Shown: in pieces, positions 38,063 to 50,801 of the stretch
How positions within the stretch are numbered: the first letter of the stretch is position 1
Layout of the letters: each line of letters begins with the position of its first letter
Assembly: GCA_043228905.1 (NCBI GenBank)
Contig: JBHGNT010000007.1
Location: forward strand, 3,720,001-3,784,000
Source: Azolla caroliniana
Lineage: Eukaryota; Plantae; Polypodiophyta
DNA: 64,000 bases
Reading direction: 5' to 3'
Translations under genes and position numbers: made by a program
The notes under the pieces: generated by a model
What the model saw: the letters and a program-made list of their open reading frames with translations, nothing else
What the model was told of the DNA's origin: nothing
The model's database searches: none

Positions 38063-41000
38063 ACGCCGAGAGACCTAAAGAGGAGTGGGAGAACTTAAAG
38101 AAGAATCTGTTCACCACCAACACGATCGCCCGCAAGCTTCAACTCCAACAAGAGTTGAATAACATTTGACAAAAAGACATGTCTGTGTCGGACTACACTG
38201 CCAAGATCAAGAGCATTTGAGAATTACTTGGCTCCATCAACATAAACGTCAACGAAGACGAGATAGTTCAAGTATGATTTGGCGGCCTCGCACAACGATT
38301 CGATCCATTACGGACGGCAATCTTGGCAAGAGAAAACCCTCCTTCATTCTTCGACCTCCAATCAATGCTATTGGTTGAAGAGAACCACGTCCGAACAAAA
38401 AGCGAGACGTCGGAAGGACAAATGTTCTTCTCGAATTCGGACGGTGGTCGAGGACGAGGTCGCGGCGGTAGAAGAGGTCAATTCGACCCATCACACGAAG
38501 GGAACTCAAACCTTCACGGAAGACATCAAGGAACCTTCAGAAGAAGGGGGAGCTTCCACGCCGAACATGGTCGGCAAACAAGGCCCGCAACTTGCAATTA
38601 TTGCGGCAAAATCGGCCACTATGAGGCGGAGTGTCGAAAAAAGAGAAGTGAGTCGGCTTCAACAAGTTGACAACTCACAAACTACGCATCGAACTCCAAC
38701 TACGACAATTGTAGCATAATGTTCACGAATCACGCTTCGAATTCCGACTACAATGATCGTAGTGAAATTTTTACAAATTACGCCACGAATTCCAACTACG
38801 ACAACCGTGGCGGAATGTTCATAATGAGGCATAGAGCGAACTCTATGACGGCCTCCAACTCCACAAACACCTCCAATTCGGAAGACGTATGGTTCATCAA
38901 TTCCGGCGCCTCACATCACATGACATCCCACAACGAGTGGTTCAATGACTTGCGTACAACGGATCGATCGGGCTACATAGAGACGAGAGACGACACCAGG
39001 CATCCCATTCCGCACATCGTTAATGTCCCATTCGGGAAAGAAGGCGAGCAAACTTGCCTCAAGAATGTCTTGCACGTGCCCACAATAACGAAGAATTTGG
39101 TCTCGGTCGGCCAAATCGTGGAGCAAGGCATGCAAGTCCACTTCAACAACGAAGGTTGTTTCATCGAGAAAGATGGCCGACTTATAGCGAAGGGGCGAAG
39201 AAACAGTTAAATGTTCATCCTCGATTCGAACAAGGTGAAATCGGCAATGTACGCTAAAAGTCTCAAAACCGAGACAAGCATCGAGTTGTGGCACAAGAGA
39301 ATCGGCCACATAAACCTCCAACGGCTTCGAGCAATGCAAACAAAGGGAGTCGTCATCGGACTTCGGACATTCAAGTCGAAACGAGTCAACTAAGTATGCG
39401 AAGCATGTCAACTCGGCAAACAACATCGACTCCCATTCCCAAAGGAGAGCCATGCGAGCAAAGGCTCCTCGACATCTGACACTCGGATGTATGGGCACCG
39501 GCACAAACGCCGACGATCGGCGGATGTTGATTCTACGTCACCTTCTTCGACGACTACTCACACTATGCGTGGATCTTCCCGATGAAGAAGAAGAGCGAAG
39601 TGTTCTCCCACTTCCAAAAGCTCAAGGGGCAAGTTGAAAAAGAAACCGGTCGTCACATTCGATGCCTACAATCAGATGGAGGAAAGGAGTACTTCTCCGA
39701 CGAATTCACCTCCTATCTCCAAAGTGAAGGCATTAGAGAGAATTCTCATGCCGACACACACCCCAACAAAATGGAGTAGCCAAAAGGAAGAATCGGCAAA
39801 TACTTGAGATAGCACGAGCCATGATGCATGAGAAGCACATGCCGAATTTCTATTGGGCCGAAGCGGCATCCATGGCCGTCTATCTCATGAACCGGTGCAC
39901 CACCAATGGAGTCCATGAGCTAACTCCATACGAGCTCCTCGTCGAAAGGAAGCCGATCCTATCGCACCTCAAGGTGTTTGGAAGCATTACGAATGTACGC
40001 ATCCCGAACGAACAACGATAGAAGCCCGACACGAAGTCAGAGGAAGGCATCCTCATAGGATACTCATCCGAGAAGAAGGCATACAAGTGCTACAACCCTT
40101 CTACCCGAGCAGTTCGGGTAAGTTGAGACGTAGTCTTCGACGAGTCTGCATCCTGGTACGCACCAGAGACAACTTCGACTCTGACTCCGCTCGACCCGGA
40201 ATCCTCTGAACAAGAGGTAGAAGATGGAGATCGCTTCGAACACATGTTCGAAGAAAGTCTAATTACGGCAAAGCCTAGTGGGCCACAAGAGCCCCTACGC
40301 AACCCAAGCATGTCGCGGCCAAGTACAAACTTGGACAACAGCAAAGGTAAGATCCCCGAATACGAAGTCGACCACCCCGACGACAATGATTCGGATGGAT
40401 CGGCTCCCTCACTAGACAATGAGTTTGGTGTACCCATCATGCGGACACCCGGAGTAAAGAAGGCATTCACATCGGCGAGCAAAAAACTTCGACGCTCTTC
40501 TAGAGAGAAGAATCTCGTCACTCGGCTCAGCTACAACGAGTATATGGCCCATCATTACGCCTTCACGATGAAGGTAGCACCAGACAAGAGCCCGAGAGCT
40601 CTACAGAAGTGGCTTGTAACCCACGATGGGTGAAAGCAATTGGCCAATTTCGCACAACAAGCCCTCATCACAAGCTTGAGGGGGAGGAACCGAAGCTGAC
40701 AAAAAAACGTTGACGCCAAAAGAACCAATACCAACCATCCAAAATCGAAGCCGATTCAACTGAATCGAAGATCCGAACGTCAAAAGCCAAAGCGGACATC
40801 GGATGCCCCGTACTTGAGCTTGAGGGGGCGTGTTGAGAGATCAAGCTCAACTTAGTTTAGTTAGTGAGTCAACCATGTAACTTCGTAGTTACCCAAATAG
40901 AATCTAGTTAGAAATGTTGACCATAATACCTTAAATAGGACCTTGTACTTCGGTGGGATATTCTAGATCCTCCACTCCTAAGTACATTTAATATAGGACT

Positions 41001-41279
41001 TACACTTTTGTACCTATATTATCCTCACACATGTGCACCCTTGCACATGAAATCAATATATACCTCATTGTAGGTATTTTTGTATTTGATGATGATAATG
41101 CTAATTTAATATTGTTACTCATCCCCCATCTTGTGTTGTTCATAAGTGTCTCTCTCCCTCTCTCCCTCTCTCTCTCTCTCTTCCTCTCACACACATATCA
41201 CGTTATCTTCCGCTTATAAACTAATCACATAATTAGGTACTAATTAATCCTTGTTTAATTACTTACCTAATTCTCAACA
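38063..41279 (+). mobile_element. Ty1/Copia element, 5'-truncated, RT-RNaseH deleted
   Basis: Gag (RENPPSFFDLQSMLL, CNYCGKIGHYEAEC), protease and integrase present; jump near 40640 to the 3' region. PPT CTTGAGGGGGCG; LTR 40831-41279. Confidence 0.85.
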
Positions 41280-42289
41280 TCGGTGAAGTTGAACTTCGGT
41301 ATGTTCATACGGATCGACAGGTTGCCGACATCTTCACTAAGCCGCTCGGATCGAACAAGTTGCAACACTTTTCTGAAATGTTGGGTCTACAACATCTCAA
41401 CGTGACGCACTTGAGGGGGAGAATGGATGGCACCGAACAAGGAGCTAGAGAGGAAGAAAGAACCAAGTGGGGAGATGAGCAGAAAGAGGAAGCCGAATCG
41501 ACCGAAGGAGTCGGCATATCACAACGAGTTGGAGCTAGCGGAGGAGGTGGCAGAGTCAAGAAGGACAGAGCCAACCAGAAGAAGGCCAAGACCCGAACGT
41601 GGTCCGATGTGGTGAAGGGCCTAAAAACGGAAGACAAGTTAGAGACTACTAACTCGGACAAGAGCTAGAACGAATCGGAGGAAGCCGATTCGGTTCAACA
41701 GTTGGATTCAGAAGAGCCAGATCAACTAAAGGCCAAGTGGACGAGAAGGCAGCGGAAGTTGACACCAACACGGAGGAACCGATGGGTCGACAAGCGCTAG
41801 AGTCATAGCAGCGAAGGAGCTGAGATGGGCCTGCTAAGCAGACATGCCGACCAAGGAAGTCGAGGTGTGCAGAACCGAACGGATCGTGGGAAGCAGAACC
41901 GGACCGGACGAGGAGCGCGAGCAAGGCGGGAGGACACTAGAAGGTGCTGGAGGAAAGGACCCACTGACACCACGATCCGACCTCAAGTTGAGCTTGAGGG
42001 GGAGTGTTGAGCGAGCAAGCTCAACAGTATCCGGATCAATTGAACAAGCTAGAGCCGGATCAGGGAGCCGGATTCAAATGTGAACCGGAAGGCTAGTAGT
42101 AGCCTACACTCCTAAACTACTAGGTAGTCAGAGTGCTCGTAGTTAGTGTCAACCACCCATATGAGCATTGAAGTACATACTACTTCTGTCAGTCCTTTTG
42201 AGGACTTGTATAAATAGTGTTGTTTAGCACATTGTATGTAGAGAGTTTTAAAGAGTGATACAGTGTGTTAGTTTTAATAGAGTTTATGT

Positions 42290-42386
<97 letters not shown>

Positions 42387-42490
42387 GCGTATGCTAAATA
42401 CTCTCAAGCTTCCATTGAACCTGTGTTTTTATTCTCTGCTGCTACCCGACTAAACCGGTTTTGTCAAACTTCCGCACGCTAACTTTTACA
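41280..42490 (+). mobile_element. 3' end of another Copia element
   Basis: RNase H end GEVELRYVHTDRQVADIFTKPLG; PPT before 42005; LTR 42005-42490, whose termini match the LTR at 10770-11202. Confidence 0.82.
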
Positions 42491-42888
42491 AAGATGTTAT
42501 AAAAAATGCTTCTATCTTGCAAAAACCAGATTGCGTGTCATGAATAATAGACGGCAACACTGATCTTAGTCTAAGAGAAATGGTTTTAACCATAATCTTG
42601 TTCACATCATTAAGCAATGTTATTGGCCTCCACTTGGCGACTTCATCACACTGGGCATCGGACTTAGGGATCATATATATGATTCCTTCCATCCATTCTG
42701 CAGGCATGCCACCGCTTGAAAATATTAAATTAACCGCTCTAGTAAGTAGGGGACCCAGAAAATCCCAATAATGCAAATAGAAGCCAATTCCTATTCCATC
42801 TTTTCCTGGACAAACATCCTTTCCTAAAGATTTAGTTGCAGAAAAAACCTCCTCCGGTGTGAATGGTTCCAATAAATGAGATGCCATT

Positions 42889-43157
42889 TGTCAAAAAGAA
42901 CACGCTCAGATGAACAGCGCTCGGCCACAACCGAGCCTAGAATCAAACACAGAAAACGGGTATTGAATGCACGACACAGTGAAGAGAAGAGAACACAGGA
43001 TGTTATCGTGGAAAACCCAAACTAGGGAAAAACCACGGCAGCCCACAGACTGCAAACTATCACTATATCAGAATGTACAATAGTAAAGCACCGAGGCAAC
43101 GGCCTCGAGCTTGTTATCTTCACCACAGGCGGCGGTTACAACAGAGGCAACAACCTC

Positions 43158-43207
<50 letters not shown>

Positions 43208-46200
43208 CACAGTTACGCGCTCAAATCTTACACCAACAAGAATAACGACAACTGACTATACAAAGTTTGCCCTAAGTCATATTTATACTAATATGACTTT
43301 TCGGCTATTTACAAATATAGCCCCGATGGCCTCTCAGGAAACATATTTACGAATATGTCCCTTCATCCGGTGAGCACTTCTCACCGGGTCTTCACCATCC
43401 GGCTCTTGCCGGGTACTCCTCATCTGGTTCTCACCGGGTCTTCCGTAGCCGAGTACTCCTCATCCGGTTCTCACTTCCCATCCGGAGGGACCTATTTCCT
43501 AACAAACTCCCCCTTCACTCCGGCATGGGATGTCTTACTAGTCCGATCCGCTTCCGACATGCATCCAGCCTGTCGGGTACCAGTACTTTGGTCAACATAT
43601 CTGACCCGTTCTCGGCCGTGTGGATCTTCGTTAGCGTGAACTCTCGATCTTCTACTCGCTCCCAGATCCAGTGATACCTACGCTGAATGTGCGTCGTCCT
43701 AGAGTGGTACGCTGCGTTCTTAGCAAGGTGCATGGCACTTTGACTATCGCAATAGAGCCGATATTCATCTTGTCGGATACCGAGCTCTCCGATGAAGTCC
43801 TTCATTCATAATATTTCCTTGCCGGCTTCCACAGCCGCCATGTACTACGCCTTTGTGGTTGACAACGCAACCGTCTTCTGCTGCCTCGACTGCCATGAAA
43901 CAACTCCCCCTGTGTATGTCATTACATACCTGGATGTAGACCGGCTGGTATCCACATCAGCCGACATGTCCGAATCGGTAAAACCGTCAAGTTGAGGTTT
44001 TCCAAAGCCGAATCGGAGACACATGTTCGAAGTGCCCTTCAAGTACCGGAGTATCCATTTGACCGCATTCCAGTGCTCCTTGCCGGGATTGCTCATAAAC
44101 CGGCTCACCACTCCAACTGCGTATCCTATATCCGGTCGGGTACACACCATTGCGTACATCAAGCTCCCGACGGCAGAGGCATATGGAACCTTCGTCATAT
44201 TAGCCTTCTCTGCTTTCGTCTGCGGGCTTTGCTTACCGGATAATCTGCAGTTTGCCAGGAGCGTCGATCTGACCAGTTTCGCTTCTAACATGTTGAACCG
44301 TTGAAGCACCTTTGTCACGTATTTCTCCTATGAAAGCCACAATTGCTTCGTTGGCCGGTTCCAGATGATATGCATCCCCAGCATCTGTCTTGCCAGACCC
44401 AAGCCTTTCATTGCGAAAGTTCGGTTGAGAGCCTTCATCAGCATCCATATTTTGGCTTGGTCCCGTCTGACGATCAGCATCTCATCCACGTACAGAAGGA
44501 GTATCAGGAAGTCGCCTCCTTCGAATTTCTTCACAAACACGCAGTGATCGGCCTGCGTCTTGTGGTACCCTTGATCGGTCATGAAGGAGTCGAACTTCCG
44601 GTACCATTGTCGAGGAGCCTGCTTCAGTCCATACAGGCTCTTCTTCAACCGGCAAACCAGTTGCTCCTTCCCTTTCTCCACGAATCCTTCCGGTTGCTGC
44701 ATGTAGATCTCCTCTTTGAGGTCACTATGAAGGAATGTTGTCTTCACGTCTAGCTGCTCTACCTCGAGGTCCATGCTTGCCGCTATACTCAGTACCGTCC
44801 GGATGGAGGTCATCTTTACTACCGGGGCAAATATCTCGTCGAAGTCCACGCCCTTCTTCTGCTGGAACCCCTTCACCACGATCCTGGCTTTGTATCTCGG
44901 GGGGTTGCCGGCATCTCCCGGTTTCAACTTGTACACCCACTTATTTCAGAGTGCCCACTTTCCTTTTGGCAACTCCACCAATTCGTACGTATGGTTCTCA
45001 TGCAGGGAATCCATCTCATCCTGCATGGCACTTAACCATTTGCGGTTGTGGGTGTCATCCTTTGCTTCTTCGAAGCTTTCTGGCTCCCCCTCATCGGTTA
45101 GCAGCACATGCTTTGCATCCGGAAATCTCCGGGGGGGGCTTCTCTCTCTAAGAGGATATCTCCGTCTTTGGGCTTCGGTAACCGGCTCCTCCATTTGCTC
45201 TTCATCCGAATCTGATTCGGGGTCTTGGCCGGTTTCGATTTCTACTTCCTCTACTTCTTCTTCTGCCAATTCGGTATCCTCACCATAACCGGCTGGTTCC
45301 TCGAGTGCTAATCGGTCTCTTGCCGGTTGGGTCTGCTCATCGTAGAATCAATCCTCACCAGTCGACTCGGAGTTCATTATCTTCTTCTCCGACTCCCAGT
45401 GGGCGAGCGTCTTGTCCTCCATGAAGATAATATCTCGACTCCAGAATACCTTCTTGTCGACCAGGTCCCACACTCGGTAGCCGAACTCATCGTCGCCGTA
45501 ACCGAGGAATATGCATGGCCGGGTCTTCGGATCTAGTTTTCCTCTCCGGTCCTTAGCTACATGCACATACGCAAGACATCGAATACCTTCAGATGCCGGT
45601 AGGACACTTGCTTACCGGTCCAAACTCTCTGTGGCGTGTCTCCGTCCAAGGGTACTAAGGGTGATCTGTTTATCACATATGTCGTCGTCAACAGTGCCTC
45701 AGCCCAAAACTTCTTGGGTAGTTTTGCATGCGCCAGCATACTCTGGACCCTCTCCATTATGATCCGGTTCATCCTCTTGGCCAGCTCGTTTAGTTCTGGC
45801 ATCTTCAGCACGGTAAATTCAAGTCGGATTCCCTTCGAGCGACAGTACTCCTCGAACTGCCCCCGGTATTCACCTCCGTTATCTGCTCGAACCGCCTTCA
45901 ATTTCCGGCTGGTTTCTCTTTTCACTCTCGTGTGGAGCTATTTGAAGACGGATAACACCTGATCCTTCGTCTTCAACGGTGTGGCCCACAGCTTCCGACT
46001 GTGGTCATCTATAAACATCACAAAGTACTGCGATCCTGCATGTGACTTCGTGTCCACTTAACACACATCAGTATACACCAACTCTAGTGGTGCATTACAT
46101 CTCATCAATGGCCTTGGTCGGAAGGAGGTCCGGTTTTGCTTACCGGCCAGACAATCAATGCACTTCTCCAAGTGCACGTTCTTCACTGGAATGAGGTTGT

Positions 46201-48182
46201 CGTCTACGAGCCTCTTCATCCCCTTCTCGCTCATGTGACACAGCCTTTTGTGCCATAGCTCACCTGTAGTGTCGGATGCCACGTTCACTTCCTCCGGACA
46301 TAACCGGGCATTCATCAGGTACAATGTGTTTACCTTCCGGGCCCGAGCCACAATCAGGCTCCCTTTGTTGAACTTCATAACACCGTCCCGGATGCTACCC
46401 GTGTAGCCTTCATCATCTAGCCGACCAGTTGATATCAGGTTCAGACGAACCTCTGGAACGTGTCGGACATCCTTCAGCAGCAGCTTGCATCCGGTTGGTG
46501 TTGTCAACCACACGTCTCCTATGCCGACAATTCGGCATGTACCTTCATTCCCCATTCGGACACAGTCGTGATCACCGGCTGAGTAGGATGAGAAGCATTT
46601 CCGGTCCGGGGTAAGGTGGAACGACGCTCCAGAGTCGACCACCCAGGTCATCTCGTCGCCGGCAAGGTTTAGCTCACTCTCCTCGGTGATGAGCATCAAC
46701 TCTTCTTCACTTGCTGCGATTGCCGTCGTTCCCTTCCGGCCCAGCCCCCTCCGGTCTTTACCGTTCCGGTCCGGTGTTCGCTTCGAATCGGTACCGTCGG
46801 TTTCCTTGTCTTTTCGGAAGTGGCGACAATTCTTCTGGAAGTGTCCCGGCTTGCCACAATAGAAGCAGGTAGGCCTCCCCCTTGACTTTGATCGTGTCCC
46901 CGACTTCTCCCGGTTTTGGAGACTACTGTTCCTTTGTCTTCCGCGTTTCGATTCGGTAAGGAGCGCTTTGGAGTCGCGGCTCGTATCCTTATCTTTCTGA
47001 CGCACCTCCTCATCTAGCAAGCTCGACTTCACTCTTGCTAGGGATAACCGTTTTCCTTCCGGCCCGGCGTTGCCCAAAGTGACAACCAACGTCTCCTAGC
47101 TATCTGGGAGGGAACCAAGTAGGAGTAGCGCTAGTACCTCATTGGCGAGAGGTACTTCCAATGATGTTGCCTGGTGAATCAGCCCCTGGAAGGCATTCAT
47201 GTGCTCCGCCATGCTAGAGCCATCTTGGTACCCGAGTCTTACTAGCTTCCGAAATACCGAAACCTGATTAACATCATTTTTGTTTTGAAACATAATGTTG
47301 ATCTTCTCCCAAAGCTCATGAGCCTTGCTCTCTTCATTGAAGTTGTTGTATAGACTCATGTCGATGAAGCACCGTATGTACGCCGTTGTCTTCATGTGCA
47401 TCACCTCCCATATCGTGGCGTCGATTTTGTCTAGTCTCTTGTCCCCGAACTAAACTGGCAACCAAAGATCTTTAACCATGAGCATGTCCCTCATCTTCGA
47501 CTTCCACACCGAATAGTTGGAGCTAGTGTGCTTGAACATACCTCCCAACGAATCGTCCATTTTCTGTGTCGTTTCGCTCTGATACCACTTTGTCAAGAAG
47601 AACACGCTCTGATGAACAGCGCTCGGCCACAACCGAGCCTAGAATCAAACACAGAAAATGGGTATTGAATGCACGACACAGTGAAGAGAAGAGAACACAA
47701 GATGTTATCGTGGAAAACCCAAACTAGGGAAAAACCACGGCAGCCCACAGACTACAAACTATCACTATATCATAATGTACAATAGTAAAGCACCGAGGCA
47801 ACGGCCTCGAGCTTGTTATCTTCGCCACAGGCGGCGGTTACAACATAGGCAACAACCTCTTCCTCTCTCTCTCTCTCTCTCTGTACACAGTTACGCACTC
47901 AAATCTTACACCAACAAGAATAACGACAACTGACTATACTAAGTTTTCCCTAAGTCATATTTATACTAATATGACTTTTCAGCTATCTACAAATATAGCC
48001 CCAATGGCTTCTCAGGAAACATATTTACGAATATGTCCCTTCATTCGGTGAGCACTTCTCACCAGGTCTTCACCATCCGGCTCTTGCCGGGTACTCCTCA
48101 TCTGGTTCTCACCGGGTCTTCCATAGCCAGGTACTCCTCATCCGGTTCTCACTTCCCATCCGGAGGGACCTGTTTCCTAACA
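42889..48182 (-). mobile_element. Full-length decayed Ty1/Copia element (Tnt1/Tork-like)
   Basis: LTRs 42889-43504 and 47591-48182 (about 4% different by eye), TSD CCATT, PBS TGGTATCAGAGC (47576-47587); fragmented gag-pol similar to 18571-22608. Confidence 0.93.
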
Positions 48183-48547
48183 CCATTACATCTGTCAAGA
48201 TTCGAACTCTTGACACGACCATGTTATAATCTACTATTATGAGTTAACCAAGATATCTAGTACTAGTTATGTATGTAATTGTTCCTTATTATTTTGCTAG
48301 CATCATGTGCATAGTTGCTCCCTTGTAGTATTTACACTTGGCACATGCATGCATACCTACATGCTCTATTGTAGATTCACATGCGTGCAACAAGTATGCA
48401 TGCCATGTAGTATAAATAGAGGAGTTCACCTTGAAGGAATTCAAGGTGAACAACACCAGTTATGGAGTCTTTCCTTTAGTACTATATTCTTTCTTGTCCA
48501 TTTGGTTATCTTCTTGGTTGTCTCTTGAGTTTATGATCCGTGACAGT

Positions 48548-48558
48548 TTGTTCACCTT
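48548..48558 (+). promoter_or_regulatory. Self-priming PBS
   Basis: TTGTTCACCTT is the exact complement of LTR 48443-48453 (AAGGTGAACAA), which starts 32 nt after the start of TATAAATA (48411); no TGG tRNA-type PBS. Confidence 0.8.
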
Positions 48559-48595
48559 CCCATCCTCATAGCTCTCCCTCTCATAAGCCATAGCT

Positions 48596-49612
48596 ATGTC
48601 CGACTCAACTAGTGAGTTAGGCCAAATAATGGTAGCCTTACGACAACTACAACTTGAAAATGAAGCCCTTCGAAATTCTTTACAAGAACTTCAAGTCGGT
48701 ACCTCCTTATCCTCACAACCCCCGAACCCTAGTCTCCCACAACAACCTAGCCTAGAGCCCGATCTTCTACCAACATCTAGCCTAGCTTCGTCACAGTTTC
48801 TTGAGCCTAAGGTTAGCCTCCCAGAAAAATTTGATGGAACGAGGTCGCGTTTCCGAGGGTTCATCAACCAAGTTCGACTTATCATTCGGCTACAACCTCA
48901 ACGTTATGGAGATGGTCTTCGACAAGTCGGTCTTGTGGGCACCCTTCTCTCCGGTCCGGCCCAAGCTTGGTTTGCACCATTGGTAGAAACCTCATCACCT
49001 TTATTGGAGAACTTTCCCGCCTTCCTCGCCGAGTTAGAGGCCACATTTGGAGAGACGGACCGACGACGTACAGCTCTTAACAAGATTTATGCACTCGAAC
49101 AAGGTTCACGTGCAGCTTCGGTCTATGCTTCCGAATTTCGACAACTAGCATGCGACGTCAATTGGGATGATCAAGCTTTAGTTGATCACTTTCGGCGCGG
49201 TCTTCGAAGCAATGTCAAGAATCTTCTCTTAAACTTTCCGGAGCCCACCTCGTTATCCCAAGCGATTTCACAAGCAGTCCATTGTGACAATCGTCTTTTC
49301 GAATTTCGCCAAGAAGAGCGCCGGACTTGGGTTCCACCTCATTCACTTCCACGCCACGCCCCGGTCATACAACCCCAAGCATCCTCACACTCGCCTACTT
49401 CGGCAGATGCTCCTGTCCCCATGGAAATTGATCAAACCCGATTTCGGCCATTGACTGATGCTGAACGACAATTTCGGCGGGCTAATGGCTTGTGCATGTA
49501 TTGTGGCGCCTCCGGTCATGTCGTTCGCCATTGTCCTAGGAGTACTCGCCCACAATTCCATCGAGCTAACGGACCCCAACATCCGGAAAACGACATCGTT
49601 CGGTTGCAGTAG
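48596..49612 (+). CDS. Chromovirus Gag (338 aa)
   Basis: PEKFDGTRSRFRGF, LSGPAQAW, PVPMEID, LCMYCGASGHVVRHCP. Confidence 0.92.
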   Translation: MSDSTSELGQIMVALRQLQLENEALRNSLQELQVGTSLSSQPPNPSLPQQPSLEPDLLPTSSLASSQFLEPKVSLPEKFDGTRSRFRGFINQVRLIIRLQPQRYGDGLRQVGLVGTLLSGPAQAWFAPLVETSSPLLENFPAFLAELEATFGETDRRRTALNKIYALEQGSRAASVYASEFRQLACDVNWDDQALVDHFRRGLRSNVKNLLLNFPEPTSLSQAISQAVHCDNRLFEFRQEERRTWVPPHSLPRHAPVIQPQASSHSPTSADAPVPMEIDQTRFRPLTDAERQFRRANGLCMYCGASGHVVRHCPRSTRPQFHRANGPQHPENDIVRLQ

Positions 49613-50104
49613 GAGCCATGCAACTGGACATCTCCCGTCGCCCACATTCTCTTGGTTCCATTGCCGGACCATCAGGCAATTTCACATTGGAGGTATGGCT
49701 TTCGTTTAACTCTAGTTCCATTCAGTCTGTTGCTTTACTTGATTCTGGGGCATCTTCTTGCTTCATCGACGTCACGTTTGCCCAAGTACATGGCGTACCT
49801 GTCGTTGGCCTCTCAAAACCCATTCCAGTTGAAGCCATCGACGGGTGCGTCCTCTCGTCAGGTGCAATTACTCAAGCTACAATCCCATTAGGGCTTCGGG
49901 TGGGCTCACACCAAGAGGAGCTCACCTTTTACCTCATCGCATCTCCTCGACATCCGATCGTCTTAGGACTAACGTGGTTGGAGGCGCACAATCCAATAGT
50001 AGATTGGTGCAACCGCTCGATCACATTTAGCAAGCCAAGATGCTCGTGCAAAAGTATGAAGGTAAATTCAGTTTCCTATCCTTCGGAGACGGTCGACTCC
50101 GAAT
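49585..50104 (+). CDS. Aspartic protease, reached by -1 frameshift; pol truncated at the inversion
   Basis: G_GAA_AAC at 49585-49591, -1 frame open; ALLDSGASSCF...IVLGLTWLEAHNPIVDW. Confidence 0.8.
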
Positions 50105-50800
50105 TGCCAAGTAGGGTCGCCATTCTTCAAAGGCAGCAATGATAGCAGCAAGCTCCTTGTCGTAAATGGGATAATTGATTTCGGATGCCGTAAATTTTCG
50201 GGAATAGTAAGCCACTGGGTGCATTAGGTTGTTGTCGTCTGCTTGGGATAAGATGGCGCCAATGGCAAAGTCAGAGGCATCGGTTTCGACTTGGAAGGGT
50301 TTTGTGGGGTCGGCATGTAGCAGCACCGGGGCAGTGATGAATGCGTGTTTGAGTGAGTCGAACGCATTTTGTGCCTCCGAGGTCCATAAAAATGGAGTGC
50401 CCTTATGGGTGAGAGCGATAAGAGGTTGTGCTAGGGTGGAAAACCCCTTGATGAAGCGACGGTAAAAATTTGCGAAGCCGAGGAAGGATTGCACATCTTT
50501 AAGTCGCCTTGGAGTCGCCCACGCCTGAATGACAGAGACCTTCTTCATATCCATGGTGATGCCAGTGGGCGAGATGATGTAGCCCAGAAATTCGATCGAG
50601 GTACGGTCGAACTCGCATTTCTCGCCTTTGGCATAAAGGCCATGCTCGCGAAGTTTGGCCAGAACTAATCGGACTTGGCAAGTGTGCTCCTCCATGTTTG
50701 GCGAGAAAATGAGAATATCATCGAGGTAAATGACAACAAAAAGATCAAGATATTCCCGGAAAATATCGTTCATCATATGTTGAAAAACTGCGGGAGCGTT
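50105..50800 (-). pseudogene. Inverted RT core-RNase H segment of the chromovirus
   Basis: Minus strand reads NAPAVFQHMMNDIF...YLDDILIFS...ETDASDFAIGAIL...YDKELAAIIAAFEEWRPYLA without stops. Confidence 0.93.
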
Positions 50801-50801
50801 A

